Source: Perna viridis (lineage: Eukaryota). Taken from it: 64,000 nucleotides of DNA. Position 1 is the first letter of the stretch. Each line of letters opens with the position of its first letter. Positions 13,706-26,400 of the stretch are shown here, piece after piece. The position numbers and the translations under genes were made by a program. Location of the stretch: the NCBI GenBank assembly GCA_037379345.1, contig CM074524.1, positions 24,920,750-24,984,749 of the forward strand, in the 5' to 3' direction. The notes beneath the pieces are model-generated. The model was not told the origin of the DNA. It was given only the letters and a program-made list of their open reading frames with translations, and did no database searches.

Positions 13706-15169
13706 AGTTTCTCAAAGTTAAAATCACAAATATTAAACCCTAAGATATAAAGAGTTTTTTGGGTTTGAAAACTATGGCATTCCAAACAAAAGAAAACCAA
13801 AGTTTCTAAAGTATCAGAAAATAAATTCCACTATAAATTATTGGGATATAAAGCAGTTAAATGAAAAGCTAAGTATCAAAGCAGATCTTGAATGAAAATT
13901 TCTAACCTGAATGAAATCTTAATTTACTCTAACTCATTTCCCACTTGAATGCTAAAGTAATTTTTGTTTTCAATATGAATCAGAAATTTGACAAAATATG
14001 AATAGGTTTTTGAACAATAATGTGAAACCTGACAAAAGATAAAATAAAACTGGAGAATTTTGTTATTAAAAAAATGGGGAATCATCACAACTCTATTATA
14101 TTACTTCAAAACAATTTCCTCCCCAAACATTTCATTTCATGGAAAGAGCCACACAAGAGATGATTCTGAAAATTCATGCTTTACCAATATCACCGAAAAA
14201 GTATTTAGATAACAGACATGGAAAACTAATGATATTCTATCTAACAATATTAGAGCTTAGATAGACTTTTTCTGGTAATCTGAGGGTTTATTCCTCGAAT
14301 GCCAACATCCTTTGATCTACTGGCAATTTACCTGTAAAATTTTGTTGGCGTTCAAGGAATAGGTGTCACTGGTTATCACAACAAAAGTGCATGCTTATCA
14401 AAACATTCATACTAATGAACAGATAGGTAAATTACAGATGACTTATTTCAGTTCATATTTCAGATAGTTATTCCAGTTGTTAAAATCTGTTTTTTTTTTG
14501 GCCGTTTCTATTCATGCATTTCTTCATAAAATCATACATGTACATGTATAGCACAATAGACTTTTGAATTATTTTTGTGGTCCAATAACTTGAAGATATT
14601 TCAATAGATCATTGAAGTTCTGTAGTAATACTAGAATAGTTACTAAGTATGGAGGTTTTGTTTTAATAAAATATTTGTAATTGCAACACAACGTAGAAAA
14701 TCCTTTTTTGCAGTAAGTGGTTTAAGGACTATACTCTTATTACTATAAATTGATATCACATGAGGCATAAAAATGTAGAAAATAAATGTATTCATATTAA
14801 TTAGTTCAAATGTTAGAATGATAAAGAATGAAATCAATCATTAATACAAAGTTCAGAGTTTGAAATAATGTTTATTGATGTTAAATTTCTTTAATATCTC
14901 TGTATATAATTTATACATTTCTTAAATAAAAGTAAAAAAAATGTTAAAATTTTATTATGTTTTTACAAATTTTAATAATTCAATTTTATTATATTTTTAC
15001 AAATTTTAATAATTCAATTTTATTACATTGTATATTCTTACATATTTTCAAAAATCTGCTGTTTTCCATAAAAAAAGATATATTAATCTCAACAGTTAAA
15101 TACTTGTAAAACATTTTAATTGTTATAAAAACACCTTTTGTTATGATATAAACATCTATTAAAATATTT

Positions 15170-15290
15170 TTGTTAGCATTCAAGGAATAGGTAACATATA
15201 AAATGTTGGCATTCAAGGAATAGGTAACATATAAAATGTTGGCATTCGAGGAAGACACCAATCTAATTACCAATCTAATTACCAATCTGT
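15170..15290. repeat. Short tandem repeats: 34-bp unit (TGTTGGCATTCAAGGAATAGGTAACATATAAAA) x~2.5, then (ACCAATCTAATT)x~3
   Basis: Read directly; the same motif occurs as an inverted pair at 14290-14362. Confidence 0.7.
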
Positions 15291-18200
15291 TAAAAAAAAC
15301 AGACTTCCAATGGTTATATTGGTAGAGTTGATACTTAACAATGGTTTTTGTTAATTTTTTTTGTTTTTTTTTGCTTTGGTCTTCATATACCATATTTTGA
15401 CATTACTATAGTCCTTTCTATAATTAGATCAGCATTTTCCACTTAAATCACTAAATCAAGAAAGATAACTCTTGCAAAGTACCAATTTCATATACAATCA
15501 AAAATATTTTTATATTTCTATATTTATAAGTTCAACAATTGAAAATAACAAACTTATAAAATTGATTATGTGGTCTGTAACTGTTTCTCAATTTTAAAAA
15601 AAAGTGTGTGAATTTGATATAGTCTTCTGACTTGCATGTATCAACTTCTTCGTGACATTTATAAAGACTGGCGATTCATTACAAAAGTAACAAATTTGAC
15701 TTCATGGCGTTTTGGATTAATATGATGTATCCACCTCCATAGTGAGATTGAAAATATCAGGTTGTGTGAACAGTTGAAAATATTAAAGTTTCCGATTAAC
15801 TTCTCTTCATTATAATTACTTCCTTCTATGAGACAATATGTAGGTGTTTTGGAAAAAGCAAAGGAAGTTTACTTTGTGTCTCTCAATTCCATACTTAACC
15901 ACAATATTCTTAAAACTGTCAAGCGTTTTTTTTTTTCTTTAAAATTCAATTTTCCTGGGAAAGAGAGCCTATCCTAAAAAATAATCATGTTCATGTCTAA
16001 GCTTTGTTTTCTAATCTATATGATATAAACTGTATAATGTAATTATAATACTACTTTATATTCATGCAGTAGTCACATAGTGAAGTCAAATTGAATTTCC
16101 TGTGAAAATGATTGCAAAGTAACTTGTCAATGAAGCATTGTAAATTATTTTTTTCTGTGATAGCAGTTTCACCATGTAGATGTAATGTACATTTAGGTTA
16201 CAGACCACCAATTCAACCAATGAGCATTTGAAACGTATGCAAAAATAGTCCTACGCAGAAATTACCCCTGTTCCTCATAGTGCTGTGAAAAAAGTTCTCA
16301 TCTTATTTAAAAAATTTAAACAGTTTCTGAAAGGAAAAACATTTCTGTACATTTAATAGGTGCATTTTGCTTCTTGTGATGTGAAGCCTAATCTCCATAA
16401 TGATTTTTAAATATACCCCTATCTTGTGAAAACACTGGGATTTCCCATGCTATTTATAGACCCTTCACTTCCGGTGACCAGTACTGCACTGCAAGTCTGC
16501 TAACCCCAAATGCCATTCTGAGGATTGTGAGCTGACATATGTAGAATCATGCTGATATATAGTCCTCTGCAGGTTAAAGTTAAGGTAAAGTCCAGAGAAG
16601 CCATTGAATATTGTGAAATTAGCATAGAAGCCTATGGAAAGTGGAATTAGTGGTTTTTAGCCTTAACACATCTTCATTGATAAGCATGAATAATTTTTTT
16701 TAAGAATACCAGTATGGTATATTTGTAATTTAAAAGTGTGGAAGTAAAAATCTGGCAATATAACATCATTGACACACCAAAGCTGATAAAATACAATCAG
16801 TTTTGCCCACAACACTTTATAAATTCAAAGAATGATAAGAAATTAAAAAAAAAGTGCTCTAAAAAGCAAAATAAAATTCAGATTTGATACCAATGTCCAC
16901 AACAAAATTATACTTGATCGTATTAAAAGACTGTAAGTGAGAGAGATGACTTTGCTTGCTAAGTGGGGAAACAAAGAAGCAGTCTTGTCAGACTCATTAA
17001 TCAGTATAATAAGGTAATGACTACTGGGAATCATCCTCCATAATGGGTTTAGTCTTACTAAAACTATATGATGTGTTTCTTTTAAGTCATTGCCTTCAAA
17101 GAGTCTGACATATTTCTAGATCTAATTAGAAATTAAAGTCTGTTTACTCTACAAAAATGTGTATCTCCCCCGTTCCATAAAATTCTGTGGAACATTATTC
17201 CTAGGTATTGCACAACTACATATCATGTCCCAACTATCTACAAAGTTTCATGAAATTTGGTGCAGTAGCATTTCCAAAGCTTCAATTGAAGTGAAATGTA
17301 CAATTCTTGGATTATCTCTCTTTGTAGTCCTCCAATTATATACCTTCATGTACAACTAAACATGATGCCAAACTTTCTTAATATATAGATTCATCAAAAT
17401 ATCTTGAGCTGTGATGGGGTTGCACTTACAAGAAATGTGAACAGATGGACAGACAAACATGCATACAGATGGTGTGATTACTATATACCCTCCTGTGTTA
17501 AAAACATCAAAGCAAAACAAAACTGAAGTCCACATGGGAAGACAGACAGACAGACAGACAGACAGAGTGTGCAAAAACTGAAAGTAAGTCTGACACCAAC
17601 ATTGTCAGTAGAACAATAGAAATTAACCCTAATATATAATTCCCTCTAAAACCAATATCATTTACCAAATAGAGTAACATCAAATCCTAAGCTAGATTTA
17701 TCAACGTCTTGTGGTCAATGCCATATACTCTTAGGTCTTAATTCTGTCAATAATCTACTATTACTGAAAATTGGATTTGTTGTTAAAGTGTCCATCTAGA
17801 TTATTGTGCCAGTAAAAGCTCTGTTTACTAATCAACGAGTTAATGCATTTTCGCTTTAATGGTAGAACCTAGTGTTTCATTCTTGACAAATTAAAAGCAC
17901 AGTAAATTTATCTTGGTTTCCACACAAGCAGTAAACAATTAAGTGGGAAAAAAATTCAGAAAGACCACTGGTACTAGTAGACGGTTTTTAACTGTTTGAC
18001 ATAAAAAATCTTTGCCAAAAGTGGATTTTGAAATACAGATTGTTCAATTCATTCAAAAAAGCAGTTTAAATCACAATGACAATACGACTATCTGTAAACA
18101 ACAGTAGGTTTTAAAACTATTGCATGCAGCAATAATTGCAATTTGTCATTTCCGACAAAATGTTTCTTATGTTTGTTAAGAATTTTGAGAAAAATGCTAC

Positions 18201-19109
18201 ATCAGATAGATTAGTTTTATAACAGGGACTCGAAATATGTTGCATTTCTCAATGATAAAAAACATTAAGATCTGTATACACAGTACATGTATAGTTCAAA
18301 TTTTCTCTGCAAAAGCCAAAAAAAAATGTTGTCAGAAGACAAGGGCAATAATTACTCTTGGATGAGTCCATAATATAATCTTATTTATAGAGAATTTTGA
18401 ATAACTATTATGAGAAGAAGGGACAAAGAGAAAGACAGAAACCTGCCTTAGTAACCTGCCCAAGTAACCCAAGTGTGAGTTATTACCATACTTGATTCTT
18501 TAGAAACGTCTATTTCAGTGTATTACCTTCCACTTCTGACATCTAATTCATAAATGTGTCAAAATACAGTTTAAAATCCTTAAAATGTGTCAGGTTTCAT
18601 ATCAGCTTCCAGTCAATACACAGTCATCTCATCAGAGACATAATCTCTCAACACTGTAAATTAGATTTGTAGAAAAAAGTCATTTTCTCCCAAGAATTTT
18701 GATTAAGTTGGGAGAGAATGGTATGTTTGCTAATCAACCAGCTAATTCATTTTGTTCCTAATGGCATTCCATAACAATACATCATTGACAGGACAAAATA
18801 TTGGGCTTTTTATCTGTTTAAAGTATCTTTTGTTTTGATTTTCTATTTCCTCTGAGAGACTTGAATTTTGAATATCCAATATTATAAATTAATTCAACTA
18901 TACATTGAAAAGAATAAAAATTCTGGCCATTGCTATGCAAAATAAAAACTTATCTTTGAAGGAGTTTAAATAAATAGAACAAAAACCTTAACTTCTGAAA
19001 GGACACTTTGAATATATGAAGATAGATATTATATGTACATGCAGTGAAGTTCACTAATTATAGATATTCTTAGTTTATTCTGACAGTGGCAGATCCAGGG
19101 GGTTCTGAA

Positions 19110-19149
19110 AACACGCGCGCATGCGCGCACGCACACACACACACACACA
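19110..19149. repeat. (CG)/(CA)n microsatellite
   Basis: ACACGCGCGCATGCGCGCACGCACACACACACACACACA. Confidence 0.85.
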
Positions 19150-20454
19150 ACCTTTTTGTTGAAAAATTTCATAAATAAAAGACTGGACTCCCTCTACAAC
19201 CTTTCAAAATCTCATGATCTGCCTTGCTTTAATGCAAGCAAAATGAATGTTCTTATGTTAAAAAAATTTGGTCTTTCTAAAATATTCTCCTGTGAGTGGA
19301 AAAGATCTCTAAGTTCAATTCTACTTGTCTAACTTCACAAGTTTTTTCATAGAACATAATTTTCCATGTTAATGCTTCCAATCTTGGCTCTGTCAACTGA
19401 TTATAAATTTGACAGCTATTATGCTGACACAGATAAAATTAAAAATTCTAAAGTATGACCTACAGATTTCTCTTATAGTCAAATCTGTCTATACAGAACC
19501 CAGAATAAAACAGTAATTCTTCTTAGTCTGACATCATCTGACGTCTATTCTAATCAAATGAAATCCATTTTGAACCTGTGTTAACCTAAAATCTACCTTA
19601 ACCAAACAAAGTAATCTCTTCCAAAGGGCTTCAGTCACACTATACAAATATAATTTAGAAAATAAGATTTTTCTTTTTGGAATTTACTAACAGTATTTAT
19701 TCTAAAACCTGAAAGTTTTCAGACATTAGGGACAAGTGAAAATATCACTAACTCAGAAAGTGAGGACTACCTTCCATTATATTTTAACCCAATTTAAATA
19801 GTGGTAATAATTAAGAATAAAATCACAGGAAAGTAATTTTCTATTTTTATGACCCCAATTTTTACATCAGACAAAAGTTGATTGATGTTTATGAAACATC
19901 AAATAAGTTTCCAGTGCTACAGTCAGACTTAGATGAAATGTTGTCAAAAATTCAATATTTCTGATAACTTCTGTTGTAAATTACCACTGTTGTGACAAAA
20001 TCAGCCAAATAAAGTAAAAAAAAACAAAAAACAACCCACACTCCACTTATGCTGAACCAGTGAGGTAATAAACTAATATTTTATGGAGATGGACCAGTCA
20101 ACCTGGCCAATGTTTCTAAAATCTATTGGTTAGTTAAATCAATGGTAACCATGGATATGGCAATGTCAAAAACTTGAAGGTCAAGGCACATGGGTGAAGC
20201 AAAAGAAACTGGAATGGAATCAACAAACAACATGCATGAAATCACACTTCAAACAGGTAACCTGGATTCAAGATGAAAACTAGAGGCACATATCCATGAG
20301 GTTAACGGAGACCCAGTAGACAATCCTACTACATGTACCATAAAAAATCAACTGGCCTAGACATTTTTCCAGAATATTTCCACATTGTCATCTTAAGTTT
20401 GTGATATTTTTTAGAGTTTGGCCCCTGCAGGAAAACCTAAGGCTTAATCCTGCT

Positions 20455-20704
20455 ATACAGGAAAAATTCCAACATATGTTTAGGTCTAACACATAATATT
20501 CATGAAAAATAGATAAATAAAAATCAAATGGTAATTATATGACTTCCATTGCGCCTTATGTATGTAAAAGATATGGTTTTCATATAATTTACAAAAATGT
20601 TTCGTTTCCATGTGATTTTATAGGCACAAAAACATAAATTCCCATACAGGTTCTTAACATGTTTTAAAACATATGAAAACATATGTTGCATTTTTTCCTG
20701 TGTA
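20455..20704. mobile_element. MITE relic with ~25-bp TIRs
   Basis: CAGGAAAAATTCCAACATATGTTT...AAACATATGTTGCATTTTTTCCTG. Confidence 0.6.
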
Positions 20705-21227
20705 TCTGAATTGCATCTCCATCCCTATTGAGAATTTGAGCGAGAGTCTTAACATGGACACAGATAAAAGTATTTACAATAAACTTCTCTGGAATGCAAT
20801 GCATTGTTACAGAAATTCACTGATAAAATTGCCAAAAATTGACATGGTTTTGCCATATGGTAGGCCAGGGTTAAGTCAGGCCTAATATCTATACCCTATG
20901 TAAACTCCATGTTTCTTTATAAATTATGACCTGCTCTGCCACAAACCTTTAAACTTGTTACAGGAGACTAATTGACTCTAAGTCTAATGACGAAAGTTAA
21001 GACTGTCCATTACTAAGGTATATTAAATTTCAACAGACAATCATTCCTCAGCTTTGAAGCCAGACATTAATTACGATTATAACAGGGACTCCATAATGTA
21101 TTTTTCTCATATATATTAAAACGTAAGTATATAGCCATTTACAGGAGCATGTTTACCAATCAGATTTTATGTAATTCACAGCTGGAACACATGCTAGCTA
21201 TAAAACCTTAATCAAGGGTAGAAACAA

Positions 21228-21686
21228 GACCTGAACATGTGATGTTCCTAGCTTCCTTATTTTAACATTTAGTAGAAAGAAGACGCGACCTGAACATGTG
21301 ATGTTCCTAGCTTCCTTATTTTAACATTTAGTAGAAAGAAGACGCGACCTGAACATGTGATGTTCCTAGCTTCCTTATTTTAACATTTAGTAGAAAGAAG
21401 ACGCGACCTGAACATGTGATGTTCCTAGCTTCCTTATTTTAACATTTAGTAGAAAGAAGACGCGACCTGAACACCTGATGTTCCTAGCTTCCTTATTTTA
21501 ACATTTAGTAGAAAGAAGACGCGACCTGAACACCTGATGTTCCTAGCTTCCTTATTTTAACATTTAGTAGAAATAAGATGCTATCTGAACACGATGTTCC
21601 TAGCATCCTTATTTTAACATTTAGTAGAAATAAGATGCGACCTGAACACGTGATGTTCCTAGCTTCCTTATTTAAACATTTAGTAG
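21228..21686. repeat. 59-bp minisatellite, ~8 copies (GACCTGAACATGTGATGTTCCTAGCTTCCTTATTTTAACATTTAGTAGAAAGAAGACGC)
   Basis: Read directly; the first four copies are near-identical. Confidence 0.95.
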
Positions 21687-23308
21687 CTCTGTGTTATTTA
21701 CATCTCTAATTAAAATCAATCTTAAGTTTCTGAATTTATAATAGGATTTACTTTTAGTAGAAAAAAGGGTCTTGCTAGATCATTTAAAACTATTTATCTA
21801 AACTCCATCCCTATAAGTTTTTAAATAAATTTATATCACACTCATTTGTTATCACCTATTCACTTACTCCTATAAAATGGTAACATTAAGATAAATCTGT
21901 TAATACTAGCACCAAATATATTCCATAAAAAATGTTAAAAGCCACTTAAAAAAGTGTTTTTTTTTGTTTTGTTTTATTTTTTTTTTTTCAAAATGTATAC
22001 AATCAAGAATTTGAATTCATAGCAGAATTTAGTATCAGATTTGAGTGTTATAATGTTTATGTGTGGAAAATTTGATACTTGATTAAATCTAGTTTGTATT
22101 AATTTAAAAAAAGAAATCTAAAGTGGACCTCAACTTTTATGTGGAGTTTATTTTCAACACATATATAAGACTATTACAACCTGAGACGGTCATTATAAAA
22201 TGATTCAAGCTTAGACTTGTTTGATCACTTGAGGTTTTCTTCATTCTTCCTACTAACAAGGAACTTGGTTAAGGGGAGGTAACTCTAATGCTTCATAATA
22301 ACACCTGTACCTTAAAACAACTACGACTTCTGGGATTCAAAGAATTCAGGACCAGCATAATTATTAATTATAATCAATTATTACCATCATCTTTCCATAG
22401 TATTGTAAATATAAATCTTTGAAGCAAACTTAGTTTAATTGGAGGGTCTGTCCAAATGTTCCTTCATATATGTTTGGAAGTTCCGTAAGATCATTCTATT
22501 GGTTATTACAAAATGAACATCACTAAAATTGAAGTACTGAAACTCTAGTGTACTATTTATCATGAATGGATAAATAATGTCTGATAATAGGTTAGTTTCT
22601 TCTGATATTTAGAAATAAATTAATTTGAGATAAATACTGTAATCTGATTGGTTAAAGTAATTTTGTTATATCTCAATGGATAAAAAAAATATTGACACAC
22701 CCCTATTCAGTTAAATTCAGAGCTACTTTTCTCATGTTTAAAGATAAAAATATGTTTTAAAATTAATTTATAAGAATTGGCCATGATAAAAATTTTGTCG
22801 TGCAATAAACAATAGGGATATGGAAAATGTATGTTATTTTTCAATAGGCAAAATTGTTATCATAGCCTATTCTTAACTGAAATGGGTTGTTTCTTGCTAA
22901 AACTTTTTTATTTTTATTGACATTTTCAGATGACACACAGGGGTAAAAATTAAGAAATAGAAGCTGGTAGCCCACATCATATTTTTGTTCAATTTTTTCT
23001 ATATGTTCAACTAAACTTCCCCAAAAGTTTGGTACCTAGCTCAAAATCTGGTAGCCATGGGATACTGGGCGACTGTTAATTTTCATCCCTGACATATGAT
23101 TAATGGAGCCAGTCACAATCAAATTTCCAATTGCTGAATATACAAGTAACTACATAACTTTTCGTCAGAGTATGCACCATTTTATTTCTCACAACAAAAT
23201 CATTTTCACAACAAATCAACTCTAATTATTTGCTCCATTTTGCACTGCAAATAAACCTGTTATAAAGATAACATCATATGAGACAACATACATCAGAGCA
23301 GATCTTAC

Positions 23309-23443
23309 CTTCAGATAGTACACCAGCAGTTCATTCAATGAAGGATCAGCATTAAGGTTGACTAAGTAATATTTGCCGGTTTCTACTTTAATACCAGATG
23401 TTTCTACTGACACACCCATCTGTTCTAATGCTTCATGTCTTTC
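23309..23443 (-). CDS. KIF13: KIF13 exon ([45 protein letters not shown]), 135 bp
   Basis: Acceptor TTTTAG, donor GTAAGA; pre-FHA motif typical of KIF13. Confidence 0.93.
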
Positions 23444-26400
23444 CTAAAAGAAAATGTAAATGTAGAAAGATATTTTAATTCTCTATGTTCATTTACAATA
23501 TTACATAGTCTATATAAACTTGTACACAACAAACAAAAACTGCCAGTATGATATCACAGTTAACTCCCCTGGATTTTCATAGTACCAATTTTGATGGTGG
23601 AAGTTTGTTCTTATTTTTCTTGCAGTAAATTTGCACATGTTTTGCCACTATTTGGTAGAAAAGGGGTCAAAATTACTTAGGATTTGTTAGTATAAATTCT
23701 TACTACAAATTATGATTTGGTCCTGAGGAGGAAGGTCAAAATTTAAGGTTTTCAAATATGATTATTTGTCATGTGTAACCCATTTTCAGATTATATGCAT
23801 TAATTTTTGAAGATATCAAATCTATCTGAAACTTATAAATATAACTAAACTTGTATGTATCTTACAGTCAGAGATATTGAATATTGAAAAGATCTTAAAC
23901 AGACACAATGATTATCTCCCTTTACCCATGCCAATACTACTTAAACAAATTGATTTTTTTTTTACTCAGATGGAAATCATACAATTCACAGATATTTTTA
24001 TTTCAAAAGAGAATGACAAATCTAAATTTTAATATAATTTGTCATATGAAAAAAAAAATGAAGAAAGTATATAAAAATTTTGCCTATTTTACTGCCTATA
24101 AAACTGACCAATGCCCTCTTATTTTGATTTTTTTCTCTATTATTTTGTATCTATAGACAGATCAGCATATTTCAGTTATTCTTCTTAGCAGTTAAAAATC
24201 TTGATTTCAGTACTATGTTTACTCTCTATATGAGTATAAAAATTTACCTTGTGTATTTTCTCTGTTTCTTTCAGTTTTTCTTCCCATGTTTTTGTCATTT
24301 CTTTCATCAGTTTTTCTGATTCTTCTAATCTCTCTTCAAGAGCTGGGGCCTTCATACTCTGTAATGATATTTAAAAAAAGGATGGTTTATAGTTTCATGG
24401 TTTTCAATTCTGGAAATTCAAGTGTTATTGCATCTGTCTTCAAAATATGATCTTTTCACCTAGTTTCCGTAAAGTGAAATCTATCATGTATGTTTCAATT
24501 ACTGTAATTTAAAACAGTCATAATTTGGAAATAAAAAATTACAACCATTTCTAAATTTGCAGTTTGTTAAATCCCAAGTCCACATGTGTTTCATTTATCC
24601 ACAGTTAAGAGACAATATTTATACTATTCACCAACTGATTATCCTATATATTACAGTCGAACCTCGTTAAGTCGAAGTCGAAGGGACCATGCAAAAATGT
24701 TTGACTTATCCGAGGTTTGAGTAATCTGAGGTCAAGGATAAGCCGGATATACTATTAGTTTGGTCCATGATTGTTTCTGTAGTTACATCATTTGTTGTGC
24801 TTGTACATGTACATGTACTTCACTTTACACGGTACTTCGTAATGTCAAGCGTCTCATATTGGAAGATATTTTTTTGTATGTTGTATATCATGTTTAAAAT
24901 ACTGAACGGCACAGAGTGTTTTAGTGAAATTTCCTTTTTATTTTTTTCTATATCAAAAACATTATAGTTAATAACATGCTGCTTTGTTTGATTCACAATC
25001 AGGAGTATCGTCAAACCATGTGCTCTACAATATTACGATAAAATTTCAAATTCACTAGCAAAACGAATGTAGTCGATGAAATACCCTAACAATTGTCTGT
25101 TTGATGTTTCATTAAATAGTTAGATACCATTACAATTCATCTGTATTTTTATAAAATTTTTCAAAATATCAAAATATCCAATATCACTGTTAGTGTATAT
25201 TCCCATGTGTTTTTAATAAAATTTGTTTCTTTTAACTACACGCGTAATTTTAAATTAATTAAATAAACAAATCAAACCATAAAGAGTGTCAACAAATTAA
25301 TTTTAAAAGCCACGCTAACTGTTGTTAAAACACACTTCCATCGTGGTTTGTAATAAAGCAATCAGTTTTACAACTAATTAGTTGACTTCGAGACATCAGG
25401 GTTAATTAACCTCGAAGTCCTATCGAGGGGACTGATTGATGACCTTGAGTTATCTGAGGTTTCAATTCATCCGAGCTCGAGTCATCCAAGGTAAAATTGT
25501 ATTGGGGTAAGGGGAGTTTTGCTGGGACTTTGTAATTAATTCGAGTTATTCGAGATTTCGACTAATCCGAGTTTGACACATCGAGGTTCAACTGTATGTA
25601 GATTTCCTGCATAATTCATTGTTATTTACAACATAAATTGAAAATTTTGTGAACAGCAGATTGATATTTGTGTTGTGACGTTAGAAAGCGCTAGAGTGAA
25701 ATTACCGAATTTATTATCGAAAAAAATTTCACTGGGAACATTCAGTAAATCACTACTATCTATATAACAAAACATCATCTTCCATTTCTCGTTTCAATGA
25801 ATATAACATAGATGAGAATAAAACGAAACACTAATTCATAATAAACATTATGGTATGTTATGAACACTATCACTATTTGAAATGATATCTTCCAACAATT
25901 ATTTCAACTGGTCAAGGGAAAAACTTGCCTAAGTTGAATTGGCCCTGTAGTAATGTGTACTGTGTCTCAAAAGTCTATTGAGAAAAGACAATACACATAG
26001 TTTTTACTAAAGAAGAGTATGTATGTATATAAGATTCTCCTGTTTCAATTATTTCTCAACTCGTGATGGTAATATAAAGGTTTACAACATGTTAATTTCA
26101 CAATAGAGATCGTGGCAAGTAAATTCAAATACAGACTATGCTAAAGAATCAGTTTCTTCCCATCAAGATATCTCAGAAAATGTAAAATAGCAGCAAACTC
26201 TTACAGATATTATATCTATTTATTATCACTGGTTTAGAATGGAAGAAAATGTTATTTAATTGTAACCTGGGCTTCATTAAGCTGCATCTTCAAACTCTCC
26301 AATTCTGTTCTGAGATCACGTATAATTCTGGCGTTTGGATCCTCATTGATAACAGCATGGTTAACGATACGTTTGGCACGGTCAGCATAGCGTAGGGTAG

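Noticed and set aside
21228-21686. Possible CRISPR array (palindromic repeats)
   Set aside because: Head-to-tail units with no unique spacers, in a eukaryotic intron, with no cas genes
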